A DNA stretch of 64,000 bases from assembly GCA_043814315.1 (NCBI GenBank), contig JBDRKE010000024.1, positions 4,680 to 68,679 of the forward strand, read 5' to 3'. The stretch is from Candidatus Omnitrophota bacterium. GTDB lineage: Bacteria; Omnitrophota; Gorgyraeia; Gygaellales; Profunditerraquicolaceae. This document shows positions 36,754 through 46,133 of the stretch, one piece after another. Every line of letters begins with the position of its first letter. Positions within the stretch are counted from its first letter, which is position 1. The notes beneath the pieces were generated by a model. The model was not told where the DNA came from and searched no databases. It saw only the letters and a program-made list of their open reading frames with translations. A program made the position numbers and the translations under genes.

Positions 36754-38949
36754 CTATTCTGTCCTATCTTTCTCTTGCATTAAGGCCTTTTCATTCTCAA
36801 GCCACGCTTCTCGATCCACCAGAATCTTGCGAGGTTTACTTCCTTCAAAGGAACCGACAAACCCTTCCTGTTCCATAGTATCGATAATGCGCGCCGCGCG
36901 TGTGTAACCCAAACGAAGGCGCCTCTGAAGGATAGAAACGGAGGCCTGGTTACTTTCCATAATAATCCTCACGGCCTGGTCAAAAAGCTCATCTTTTCCG
37001 CCGCTGGCCAAAGAAGACTTTTGCTGTTCTTTTAAAATCTCCTCGTCGTAAACGGGTTCGGCCTGCGATTTGATAAAACTCACGACTTTTTCGATCTCTC
37101 TATCGGAAACGAGGGTTCCCTGGATACGGGTTAATTTGGATTCCCCCGGTCTTAAAAATAACATATCTCCCTTTCCTAAAAGCTTATCCGCGCCATTCAT
37201 ATCCAGTACGGTGCGCGAATCTACTTTAGAAGCGACTTTGAACGAAATCCGGGCAGGTAAATTTGCCTTGATGACGCCTGTGATAACGTCTACGGATGGC
37301 CTTTGTGTAGCCAGGATAAGATGGATACCCACGGCACGGGATAATTGGGCGAGCCTTGTGATCGCCGTCTCTATCTGATCACGGGATACGGTCATGAGGT
37401 CCGCGAACTCATCGATGATGACAATAATATAAGGGATCTTTTCCTGTTTCTCGTTATAGGATTCGATGCTTCTTACGCCTGCCTTTGCCAAAAGCTGATA
37501 GCGTTCCTCCATCTCATTCACAACCCAGTTAAGCGCCACATAGGCCTTTTTCGCGTCTGTCACCACCGGACACAAGAGCTGCGGCAGGCCGTTAAAAGGC
37601 ATCAATTCAACCATTTTTGGGTCGACCATTAAGAATTTTAAATCCTGGAGAGTTGTCTTGTAAAGCAATGATAAAATGAGGGAGTTCACGCATACGGTCT
37701 TGCCAGATCCGGTGGTACCGGCAATAAGAAGATGGGGCATCTCATCCAAATCAGCGACCATAGCCGTTCCAGAGATATCCTTACCCAGAACCAAGGTCAA
37801 AGGAGACGTCGCTTCCTGAAACTCTTTCGAAGCCAACACTTCTTTTAAATAGACAAAACTGCTCTGCATATTGGGAACCTCAACCCCCACTCTTCCCTTG
37901 CCGGGGATAGGGGCAATAATCCTCACGGATTGGGCCTTCATAGTCAAAGCAATATCATCGCTTAAAGCCACAATCTTGTTGAGCTTGACGCCGGGCGCAG
38001 GCTCCAGTTCGTAACGGGTGATGATGGGCCCACGTTCTATATCGGTGACCTTAGCCGAAATTCCAAAATCTTCCAACGTGTCTTCCAGAATCCGGGCATT
38101 GGCCTCCAAGTCTTCCTTAATCTGCCGCGCCTCAAGCGGCGGAGGAGATTCCAGAAGATCTAAAGAAGGAAGACAATAATCTCCTATCTTGAGCTCTTTA
38201 GGTTCTGTTTTTGATACCGAAGTGCTTTGCGGTTTTGTCTTAATCTGGATCTTGGGCCTTGGCGGAAAACTCTGCGAAGCATCGGCTTTGGATTTGAGAG
38301 CCGTTGCCAAAGGTTTTTCTTTCTCCTCGTGCCCTTGAACTTTAGATAACAAAGATGGCTTAGTCTTTATCCTGAAAGGCCTTCCTTTTGTTTTAAATCT
38401 GAATAAAGGGCTTAATAAAAGTTTGGTTTTATTGAAGATGTTCAAGAATAAAGATGAGATAAGAATCTCGGTGACCAGAGCAAGGGATAAAATGATAAAC
38501 GTAATAAATATTAAAAAACCGCCTAAGCGGCTAAAATAGGCCGTGATAAAATTAGATATGGCAGATCCGAAAAAACCAGCTGTATAAAAACGGATATATC
38601 CGTTATTCAGATTAAACATGCCCACCAGAGAGCTGATAGATAATAACAAAAAGAGCATGCCTAAGATTCTGGGGAGGCTTAGATAAGGAATGTCCTGTCG
38701 GAAAAACTTTATCCCTAAAAGCATAACAAGTAAAGGCAAAAAGAAGCTCGTGGCTCTTCCAAATAAGAACACGATGATCCCGCCTAGATACGCGCCGAAG
38801 ATACCGAGAAAATTTTTGGGGGGGATATTGGGATGGGATGTATAAAAAGCCAAGTCCAGGCGGTCAAACCGAAGGAGGCTTGCCAGAATCATGAGACCTA
38901 CGGCGACTAAAATGACCCCTTTGACTTCGTTTAAACTTCTTTCCTTCAC
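36754..38949 (-). CDS. ftsK: DNA translocase FtsK
   Basis: 731 aa with N-terminal TMs, Walker A (GTTGSGKT) and a C-terminal gamma winged helix. Confidence 0.9.
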   Translation of the reverse strand: MKERSLNEVKGVILVAVGLMILASLLRFDRLDLAFYTSHPNIPPKNFLGIFGAYLGGIIVFLFGRATSFFLPLLVMLLGIKFFRQDIPYLSLPRILGMLFLLLSISSLVGMFNLNNGYIRFYTAGFFGSAISNFITAYFSRLGGFLIFITFIILSLALVTEILISSLFLNIFNKTKLLLSPLFRFKTKGRPFRIKTKPSLLSKVQGHEEKEKPLATALKSKADASQSFPPRPKIQIKTKPQSTSVSKTEPKELKIGDYCLPSLDLLESPPPLEARQIKEDLEANARILEDTLEDFGISAKVTDIERGPIITRYELEPAPGVKLNKIVALSDDIALTMKAQSVRIIAPIPGKGRVGVEVPNMQSSFVYLKEVLASKEFQEATSPLTLVLGKDISGTAMVADLDEMPHLLIAGTTGSGKTVCVNSLILSLLYKTTLQDLKFLMVDPKMVELMPFNGLPQLLCPVVTDAKKAYVALNWVVNEMEERYQLLAKAGVRSIESYNEKQEKIPYIIVIIDEFADLMTVSRDQIETAITRLAQLSRAVGIHLILATQRPSVDVITGVIKANLPARISFKVASKVDSRTVLDMNGADKLLGKGDMLFLRPGESKLTRIQGTLVSDREIEKVVSFIKSQAEPVYDEEILKEQQKSSLASGGKDELFDQAVRIIMESNQASVSILQRRLRLGYTRAARIIDTMEQEGFVGSFEGSKPRKILVDREAWLENEKALMQEKDRTE

Positions 38950-41033
38950 TTTGAGCTGTCTGCTTCCGCCTGTTTTTTGCTAAGATTGATTCTGCCCAAC
39001 TCGTCAATACCGATGACCTTCACTTTAAACTCATCACCGATTTTGACGACCTCTTCCACGCTTTTTACAAAATGATCCGCGAGTTCCGAAACATGCACCA
39101 GGCCGTCTTTTCCTGGAGCGATTTCACAAAACGCTCCGAAATTGACAATACGCTTTACCTTGCTCGTATAGATGCGGCCCACCTCGACCTCATCCGTTAT
39201 GGCCTTGATCATCTTGATCGCTGCTTCTGACTTCGCGGGTTCCGTGGAAGAGACGAGGACACTGCCGTCATCCTGAATATCAATCGCCGCACCTGTCTGG
39301 GCAATTATTTTCTTGATATTCTTTCCGCCGGGGCCGATCAGCTCTCCGATTTTTTCAGGATTTACCTTAATAACATCTATACGTGGCGCGTAGCTGGATA
39401 ATGTCTGGCGGGGCATAGCGAGCGCAGCATTCATCTTCTCTAAGACAAGGGCCCTAGCCTCCTTCGCCTGAAACAGACAATCGCGAAGCAATTCTAAGTT
39501 AATGCCGTCAATTTTTAAATCCAGTTGCACAGCCGTCATTCCGTTTTGCGTCCCAGCTACTTTAAAATCCATATCTCCAAAATGATCCTCTAATCCGGCA
39601 ATATCCGTCAAGATAACAGCCTTCTTATCGTCTTTAATCAAGCCTAAAGCAATTCCTCCCACGGTTTCTTTGATCGGAACGCCGGCATCCATTAGAGACA
39701 GGGCCGCCGCACAGACACTGGCCATACTAGAGGAACCGTTGGACTCGAGAATTTCAGAAACTACCCGGATGGTATAAGGGAATTCTTCCTTGGAAGGCAT
39801 GATAGCTAAAAGCGCTTTTTCGGCTAAGGCGCCATGGCCGATTTCCCTGCGGCCGGGACCGCGTACAGGCGCCGTCTCTCCTACGCTAAAGGGCGGAAAG
39901 CTGTAATGCAACATAAAAGATTTGTATTTCTTCCCTTCCAACGCCTCAACCAACTGCTCATCTTGTCCGGTGCCTAATGTGGTAACTGCCAGGCTTTGCG
40001 TCTGGCCGCGCGTAAAAAGGCTTGATCCATGCGTGCGCGGCAAAACTGACACTTCGCAGCTGATGGGCCGGATTTCCTTGAACCCTCTCTCATCAAAACG
40101 CGCATTTTCTTTAAGGACTTTTCTCCTTAGCTGCATCTTCTCGACTTCATCCAAAGCCATTTTGATGTCAGCCAGGGTATGCGTCTCGTTGGCAAGATCC
40201 GCTTCTAATTTCTTTGTTAATAGATGGATCTGCTCTACCCTTTGTTCCTGCGTTCCTAACTGATAAATCTCTTTCAACTTATCTGCCGAGAATTCTTCAA
40301 CCTTTTTTATAAGTTCGGGGTCTATTGTCTTTAAGGGGACTTCCTGTTTAGGTTTTCCGCACATCTTCTGAAACTCATCCTGAAGCCCGATGACGCCTTG
40401 AAGGTTATCAAATCCAAACTTTACGGCCTCTAAATATTTCTCTTCGGCGACCTCTTTGGCTTTTGATTCCAGCATCATCACGCCCTTACGATTAGCAGCT
40501 ATAACCACATCTAACTGAGAAACCTCCAATTCCGCATAAGTAGGGTTGAGTATAAATTCATTATTCGCAAAAGCCACCCGGCAACAGGCCAGAGGCCCTT
40601 GGAAGGGAATATCGGATAGGGTCAAGGCTGCGGAAGCGCCGATGACGGCTAGAATATCGGGGTCATTTTCTCCGTCACTGGACAAAACAATAGCCATAAT
40701 CTGTACATTATTCAGCATGCCCTTGGGAAAAAGAGGACGAATGGGACGATCTATAAGTCTGGCGGTTAAGATTTCACTCTCAGAAGGCCTGCCTTCTCTC
40801 TTGAAGAACCCTCCAGGAATCCTTCCTGCGGAATAGGTCTTCTCTTGGCACTCAACCGTCAGAGGGAAAAAATCCTGGTTTTCTCTGATTTCTTTGGACA
40901 TACAAGCCGTCACCAGCACCACGGTCCCGCCGTACTGAACGGTCACAGAGCCGTTTGCCTGTTTGGCGATCTTTCCCGTTTCCAGGATTAAATCCTGCCT
41001 TCCAAACTTTAGTTTCAGGTTGTTAACTTGCAT
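38946..41033 (-). CDS. pnp: polyribonucleotide nucleotidyltransferase
   Basis: 695 aa with two RNase PH domains, KH and S1. Confidence 0.95.
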   Translation of the reverse strand: MQVNNLKLKFGRQDLILETGKIAKQANGSVTVQYGGTVVLVTACMSKEIRENQDFFPLTVECQEKTYSAGRIPGGFFKREGRPSESEILTARLIDRPIRPLFPKGMLNNVQIMAIVLSSDGENDPDILAVIGASAALTLSDIPFQGPLACCRVAFANNEFILNPTYAELEVSQLDVVIAANRKGVMMLESKAKEVAEEKYLEAVKFGFDNLQGVIGLQDEFQKMCGKPKQEVPLKTIDPELIKKVEEFSADKLKEIYQLGTQEQRVEQIHLLTKKLEADLANETHTLADIKMALDEVEKMQLRRKVLKENARFDERGFKEIRPISCEVSVLPRTHGSSLFTRGQTQSLAVTTLGTGQDEQLVEALEGKKYKSFMLHYSFPPFSVGETAPVRGPGRREIGHGALAEKALLAIMPSKEEFPYTIRVVSEILESNGSSSMASVCAAALSLMDAGVPIKETVGGIALGLIKDDKKAVILTDIAGLEDHFGDMDFKVAGTQNGMTAVQLDLKIDGINLELLRDCLFQAKEARALVLEKMNAALAMPRQTLSSYAPRIDVIKVNPEKIGELIGPGGKNIKKIIAQTGAAIDIQDDGSVLVSSTEPAKSEAAIKMIKAITDEVEVGRIYTSKVKRIVNFGAFCEIAPGKDGLVHVSELADHFVKSVEEVVKIGDEFKVKVIGIDELGRINLSKKQAEADSSK

Positions 41034-41063
41034 CGTATTTTATACTTAGGAAAAAGCCGGAAA

Positions 41064-41333
41064 TTATTTTCTCAAGTTTAGCTTATTGATGACTTCTCCG
41101 TACTTCTTAAAATCCTTCTTCTTGAGATAATCGAGGAGTCTGCGGCGCCTGCCCACAAGGCTGAGCAAGCCGCGGCGAGAATTAAAATCCTTCTTGTGAC
41201 TCTTGAAATGCCCTCCTAAGGTATTAATCCTTTCCGTTAAAATGGCGATCTGAACCTCCGCGGAACCTGTATCTCTCGCATGGACTTTGAATTCGTCAAT
41301 AAGCTTTGTCTTTTTCTCTTTGACTAAAACCAA
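41064..41333 (-). CDS. rpsO: 30S ribosomal protein S15
   Basis: 89 aa with a TTG start and the SD aaggagg 7 nt upstream. Confidence 0.95.
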   Translation of the reverse strand: MVLVKEKKTKLIDEFKVHARDTGSAEVQIAILTERINTLGGHFKSHKKDFNSRRGLLSLVGRRRRLLDYLKKKDFKKYGEVINKLNLRK

Positions 41334-41360
41334 TCTGTTTGCCTCCTTTCACTTCTTGAC

Positions 41361-41389
41361 ATTATACGTTAATTTGTTTCATAAGTCAA
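41361..41389 (-). promoter_or_regulatory. sigma70-type promoter of rpsO-pnp
   Basis: The minus strand reads TTGACT-17 nt-TATAAT. Confidence 0.7.
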
Positions 41390-41440
41390 TACATTCATAT
41401 CTTTTTTACCGTAGAATATGAAATGATGCCTGCCATTAAA

Positions 41441-41542
41441 CACAGATGATCACAGATAAAGATCCACGCGGAACCTTTCTTTAAAAACGACAGATGATCC
41501 CAGACAAAGTCCACTTAAAGAGAGTATCAGCGATCATCTGTG
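41441..41542. repeat. 'cacagatgatc' word hairpin downstream of the hypothetical gene
   Basis: cacagatgatc (41441-41451) pairs with gatcatctgtg (41532-41542). A third direct copy, acagatgatcc, lies between them. Confidence 0.45.
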
Positions 41543-41622
41543 TCTTTTAATCTGCGGCCATCTGTACAAATAGCGTTACATGACCATGATAATGGCACAT
41601 TCTTATCTTTTCACCATAAACC

Positions 41623-42285
41623 TTAAATATTTATCTCTGACTCAATGTTTTTTATCAGCTCAGATGTCTCCTGAATGATGGCCGACGGCAACAATTTCAA
41701 TATCTGGGCTTCTTTGTTAAGGGACCTCAAGGTACCGAGCAACCTTTTAACGGTAGAAAGCCTTCTCTTTTTCCATGCCTCCTGCGGCGTGAGTTCCTGC
41801 CTTTCTCTTATCAGACTGGTCAGGTCTCGTTTTAACTCCCTGGCATCCTTGCCTTTTTCAAAGATCTCATTTCTTAGGTGCCGGTATTCTTGGGTTCCTA
41901 GTTCTCTATTGTTTTTAGCGAGCCTCAACGCGTCAATAGCCTCATAACTCGGTAGCAGTGCCGCATCCGTGGTCTCTGAATAATTCTTTGTTAAATAAAC
42001 AGGTTCCTCTTTTTCCAGAAAATAATAAGATTTCAAGAGCTTCATCGCCGTCTGTTTTCTTATCCCTATTTCTTTAGCCGTGTAGGTTTCAAACTTAACG
42101 TAACCCCATTCCTTATAAAGCTTGTCTTTCCATACGCTATATAAAGCCTGTCCGAGCTCTACCCATGAAGCCTTAAAGTTCTTAGCGCTTTCCAGTATGC
42201 GGTATCTCAAAGAATCCTGATCCATATCCTGCATCTTTTGTTCAATGGCCCTCAACGATTTTGTTTTAAGGATATCCTTTTGCAT
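41623..42285 (-). CDS. hypothetical protein (N-terminal region looks HTH-like; no family recognised)
   Basis: 220 aa ORF, helical and charged, co-oriented with and 29 nt after the small ORF. Confidence 0.5.
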   Translation of the reverse strand: MQKDILKTKSLRAIEQKMQDMDQDSLRYRILESAKNFKASWVELGQALYSVWKDKLYKEWGYVKFETYTAKEIGIRKQTAMKLLKSYYFLEKEEPVYLTKNYSETTDAALLPSYEAIDALRLAKNNRELGTQEYRHLRNEIFEKGKDARELKRDLTSLIRERQELTPQEAWKKRRLSTVKRLLGTLRSLNKEAQILKLLPSAIIQETSELIKNIESEINI

Positions 42286-42314
42286 CTCTTACTAAAGCCC
42301 AAAGTCCGAAATTT

Positions 42315-42467
42315 CTAAATTTTTTTCTGAAGCAAGTCCTCTATTTCTGCCAATTTCCTCAGGAGCCTCTCAAAATTCCTGCCAATCCTGCGCAGGTTAA
42401 AGGATACGTCAAAGACAAAAACAATGATAAAAAGAAGTGCGATCAACACCAACATATCTCCTGCCAT
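42315..42467 (-). CDS. small membrane protein (50 aa), not in the ORF track
   Basis: My translation is MAGDMLVLIALLFIIVFVFDVSFNLRRIGRNFERLLRKLAEIEDLLQKKI, preceded by the strong SD gaggaggtgg. Confidence 0.5.
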   Translation of the reverse strand: MAGDMLVLIALLFIIVFVFDVSFNLRRIGRNFERLLRKLAEIEDLLQKKI

Positions 42468-42524
42468 GCCCCACCTCCTCTTAAAACCATTCCCCCTGTT
42501 CTAATTATTTCGGTATGCTGTATA

Positions 42525-42553
42525 ATTTTACTGCTGAATCCCAAATAGTGCAA
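42525..42553 (-). promoter_or_regulatory. candidate sigma70 promoter for the small-ORF operon
   Basis: The minus strand reads TTGCAC-17 nt-TAAAAT. Confidence 0.45.
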
Positions 42554-42582
42554 TGAATTTTAAAATTTTGATTCATCCCAGA

Positions 42583-45495
42583 TTATTTTTTAATAACCGA
42601 AGGGCAAATCTGATTATACGCGCAATAGGAGCACGCCATAAAACTTGGAGCAGCAGAAAAGTTACGCTGGCGGATACCGCGTGATACCTCTTTAATTTTT
42701 TCTATAACCTTTTCACAATCATCCTCGTCTTTCGTATCGGCCCCGATGAGCCCGGATTCCAGAAAATGCAGTTCCACGCGCCTGGGAAGCTGCTTATGAA
42801 TATTCTTGTAGGCTAATGCGTACAAGGCCAACTGTAGGCTTTCTTTGGCACGCTTATCCGCGTCCTTTTGTTTATTAAGCTCAGAGGTCTTAAAATCGAT
42901 GATGACAGCCCTTTCTCCTTCTTTATCCACGCGGTCAAAGCGGCCTGTAATTTTATTATTTTCTACGAAAATTGAGAATTCTTTTTCGATAAGGAAGGGT
43001 TTGGAATCATTCCGTTGTTCGTCTTTATAGAATCTTATCAACGCCTCCTGGCCGACACGGAAACGTTCCTCTTGATGCCTTTCATCAAGAAAACCCTGCG
43101 GGTCAAAACTTTTTCTAAATATACCAAGCAACTCAGCCAGCTCCATTTTCTTACCCGCCATCTTAAACTGAAAATACTTGGTGACGGCCTCATGCATGGC
43201 CCGGCCGTATATGACCGTATGATGTTCTAATATCGGAACCCTGAGGATATGAACATATTTATATTTTAGAGGACAGGTTAAATAATCATCTAGCTGGTAA
43301 AAACTTAGATGAAGAAGCTCATCTTCGGGGACTGCGGAAATCTTAAGCGAAGAAGATTCTTTCTGAGGGGCGTAACGCTTGATGGATTCGAGGGCACATC
43401 TCTTTTCTTTTTCTTTCTCCTTGATTTCCTCTCCCAGGGCTTCGATAACAAACGGACTGATCCGCCGGCTCCTGGGGCCACCGTAATCAACGGCACTGGT
43501 TAAATACAACTCCTCTTTGGCGCGCGTCATCGCCACATAAAATAACCGGCGTTCCTCCTGAATATGAAAATCTCCTGAAGGCAGGATCTCCTTTAAGAGG
43601 AGATCCGGTAATTCAATGGGTTGCCGGCGGCCGGACACGGGGAATCTCCCATGGATAAGGCTCACCATAAAAACCACACGGAATTCTAATCCCTTGGCCT
43701 TGTGAATAGTCAGCACCTGGACGGCATCCATATCCGGGTCGCTGGCCGCTGTCTCCGGGTCATCTTTGGCTTCCATCAAAAGGCCCAAATAGTTAACAAA
43801 ATTTATCACGCGGTCTTCTTTCGCCACGAGCTCAAAATCTCTCACAATATTAAAAAACTTGGCGAGATTCTCAATCTTGGTCTCCTTTTCCAGCGTAGGT
43901 TGATGCGAAAGCTTTTTGAGAAGGCCGGTTTGAGTTAAAAATTTATACAGCAATCTTCCCGTACTTTCTTCGCGCGATACCTTTAAGTATTGCTCCAGGT
44001 CAATCAATAGTTCGTTAATTTTATCGCGGCTTGAGACGCTTGCTTCGGATAATTCCGATATATTTTCGATATTCTTAAACACAAAATGGAGCGATTTATT
44101 CCTGCGTTTCGAATAATGCATGCATAAACTCAAATCAGAAAGATTCAACCCATAAACTTCGCTTGAGACTAGATAATAAAGGCTCAAAGAATCAGAGGCG
44201 CTTGCTATGACGCGCAGGAAATGAATACATAACTTGACCTCTTCCTTGGAATATAACCCTTGAGCGCCGCTAAATTGCCACGGCAGACCCTGCATATTCA
44301 ACGCCTGCAAAAAGGCCTGGGCATCGGAATTGGAACGTACAAGAATGGCAAAATCCCTGCAATTGTATTTTTGACTCTCAACCTTCTTCTTGATAGTTTT
44401 AGCCACCCAATCGGATTCTTGGGAATGACTATCAAAATACAAGTGCTCAGGAGCCAAGCCCTTTTTGGACACGCCGATGAGTTTTTTATCGATTCCGGCC
44501 TTCACCTCAAAACGTTCCGGATTATTATGCTGGATGAGCCGATAGGCGCTATCCAACATGACTTGCGCAGAACGATAATTATGCGTCAAGGTAACTTTTT
44601 TGCTGTCTGGAAATGCCTCTATGAAATTTAAAAGATTACTATAAGCTGCGCCTCTCCATCGATAAATACATTGGTCATCGTCTCCTACAACCGTAATATT
44701 CTTGCTTTCTTGCGCCAATAACCTAACCATTTGAAATTGGGCGAAGTTGGTATCCTGAAACTCATCCAACAGAATGTATTTAAACTGCTTCTGATATTTC
44801 TTTAAAATTAAGCGGTGTTCTCGAAGGAGTTTCAAAGCCAGATAAAACTGGTTTCCGAAATCAAGGGCTGCGTATTTGGAAAGAAGCTCCTGATACTTCA
44901 CATAGGCCCTAGCCACATCCATTTGCTGCAGGGCTTGCTCCTTAAGCGCTTCATCCTCCGGCTTTTCTTTTGCCTTCTGCATAAGGCTCTCGGCAAAAGC
45001 AAGGTATTCTCCCGGAGAAATATCTTCATCTTTGGCGCGGCTAAAAACGGAAATCAAAGCCTCGATGAAACGTGTGGGGTCAGATAAGGGCCGGTAGTAG
45101 GAAAGGTCAAACTCAAAGAGATGCTCGCGGAAAAAAACCGCCGCCTCAGGCCGGGTGAAGACTTTAAAATCCGGATCTAGGCCCGCGATAAGGGCATTCT
45201 CTCTTAAGAGCCTATCTCCAAAGGCATGAAAGGTAGAAACCCAGATATCCGTGTAACCGTAAGGCACAAGGATATCCACGCGCTCAAGCATTTGAGAAGC
45301 GGCTTTATCCGTAAAGGTCAAAGCTAAGATTTCATGGGTCTTGGCGAGGTTATTGGATAAAAACCAAGCGATCCTACGAGTAATAACCGTAGTTTTACCC
45401 GTACCGGCTCCCGCAATGATCAAAAGCGGCCCTTCCCGGTGCGTCACCGCCTCCTTTTGCTCCTTATTAAGTCCTTCTAATAAAATATCGTTCAT
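42583..45495 (-). CDS. UvrD/PcrA-type SF1 helicase fused to a C-terminal PD-(D/E)XK nuclease with a Cys cluster
   Basis: 970 aa with Walker A (GAGTGKTT), helicase motifs, and a C-terminus carrying CPLKY... and MACSYCAYNQICP (Cas4/AddB-like Fe-S nuclease pattern). Confidence 0.8.
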   Translation of the reverse strand: MNDILLEGLNKEQKEAVTHREGPLLIIAGAGTGKTTVITRRIAWFLSNNLAKTHEILALTFTDKAASQMLERVDILVPYGYTDIWVSTFHAFGDRLLRENALIAGLDPDFKVFTRPEAAVFFREHLFEFDLSYYRPLSDPTRFIEALISVFSRAKDEDISPGEYLAFAESLMQKAKEKPEDEALKEQALQQMDVARAYVKYQELLSKYAALDFGNQFYLALKLLREHRLILKKYQKQFKYILLDEFQDTNFAQFQMVRLLAQESKNITVVGDDDQCIYRWRGAAYSNLLNFIEAFPDSKKVTLTHNYRSAQVMLDSAYRLIQHNNPERFEVKAGIDKKLIGVSKKGLAPEHLYFDSHSQESDWVAKTIKKKVESQKYNCRDFAILVRSNSDAQAFLQALNMQGLPWQFSGAQGLYSKEEVKLCIHFLRVIASASDSLSLYYLVSSEVYGLNLSDLSLCMHYSKRRNKSLHFVFKNIENISELSEASVSSRDKINELLIDLEQYLKVSREESTGRLLYKFLTQTGLLKKLSHQPTLEKETKIENLAKFFNIVRDFELVAKEDRVINFVNYLGLLMEAKDDPETAASDPDMDAVQVLTIHKAKGLEFRVVFMVSLIHGRFPVSGRRQPIELPDLLLKEILPSGDFHIQEERRLFYVAMTRAKEELYLTSAVDYGGPRSRRISPFVIEALGEEIKEKEKEKRCALESIKRYAPQKESSSLKISAVPEDELLHLSFYQLDDYLTCPLKYKYVHILRVPILEHHTVIYGRAMHEAVTKYFQFKMAGKKMELAELLGIFRKSFDPQGFLDERHQEERFRVGQEALIRFYKDEQRNDSKPFLIEKEFSIFVENNKITGRFDRVDKEGERAVIIDFKTSELNKQKDADKRAKESLQLALYALAYKNIHKQLPRRVELHFLESGLIGADTKDEDDCEKVIEKIKEVSRGIRQRNFSAAPSFMACSYCAYNQICPSVIKK

Positions 45496-45544
45496 GGTTT
45501 ATTATATTTAGCGAGCCCCCTGTCCTATAAATTTTCAAACTTTC

Positions 45545-45617
45545 TCAAGATCGGGTCTTGTAACTCATTATTTACCAAACTATTTCAAGACCCGATCTTA
45601 AATTTCTTAAATTTCTG
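45545..45617. repeat. K hairpin copy 3 plus tandem aaatttct(t/g) x2
   Basis: Arms are tcaagatcgggtcttg (45545-45560) and caagacccgatctta (45586-45600). The loop is about 80% identical to the reverse complement of the K1 loop. Confidence 0.8.
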
Positions 45618-45744
45618 TGCGTTTCGCCGGAGGCGCATTAGTCCTGCGCAGGACAGCACCGGAAGCGAAACCATAAAATCAAAGTTGCATGAACATCTCA
45701 AGCGACCCGAAAGAGAAAATGACAGGGCTATTTACTATTCTATC

Positions 45745-45772
45745 TTGACAATATCCAAATTTCAAGTATACT
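45745..45772 (+). promoter_or_regulatory. sigma70-type promoter of rpmB
   Basis: TTGACA-16 nt-TATACT. Confidence 0.6.
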
Positions 45773-45863
45773 TATTTTCCTTAGGACGTCACAAAAATGC
45801 CACCCTTAGGCTAGAACGAATTTCGTGACAGCCTATTATTTTCCTAATAAGGAGAAAATCAGA

Positions 45864-46091
45864 ATGCTAAAGAAATGTGCGTTGTGCGGAAAAGGCGCAC
45901 TCAGCGGAAAAATGATTACCCGCAAAGGCCAATACAAAGCTAAGGGCGGGACTGGCAGTAAAATAGCCCGCTGGACCATGCGTAAATTCCTGCCTAACCT
46001 TCAGAAAATGCGCATCTTGATCAAGGGGCACCCCAAGAGGGTCTATGTATGCGCAAAATGCATCAAAAAACAATCTTTTCAAAGGGCCTAA
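45864..46091 (+). CDS. rpmB: 50S ribosomal protein L28
   Basis: MLKKCALCGKG...RKFLPNLQKMRI...RVYVCAKCIK, with the SD aaggag 9 nt upstream. The ORF-track start at 45825 is too early. Confidence 0.8.
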   Translation: MLKKCALCGKGALSGKMITRKGQYKAKGGTGSKIARWTMRKFLPNLQKMRILIKGHPKRVYVCAKCIKKQSFQRA

Positions 46092-46133
46092 GTTTGCCTC
46101 TCCAATAATTCAGCGCCGAATAGAAGACTGGGC

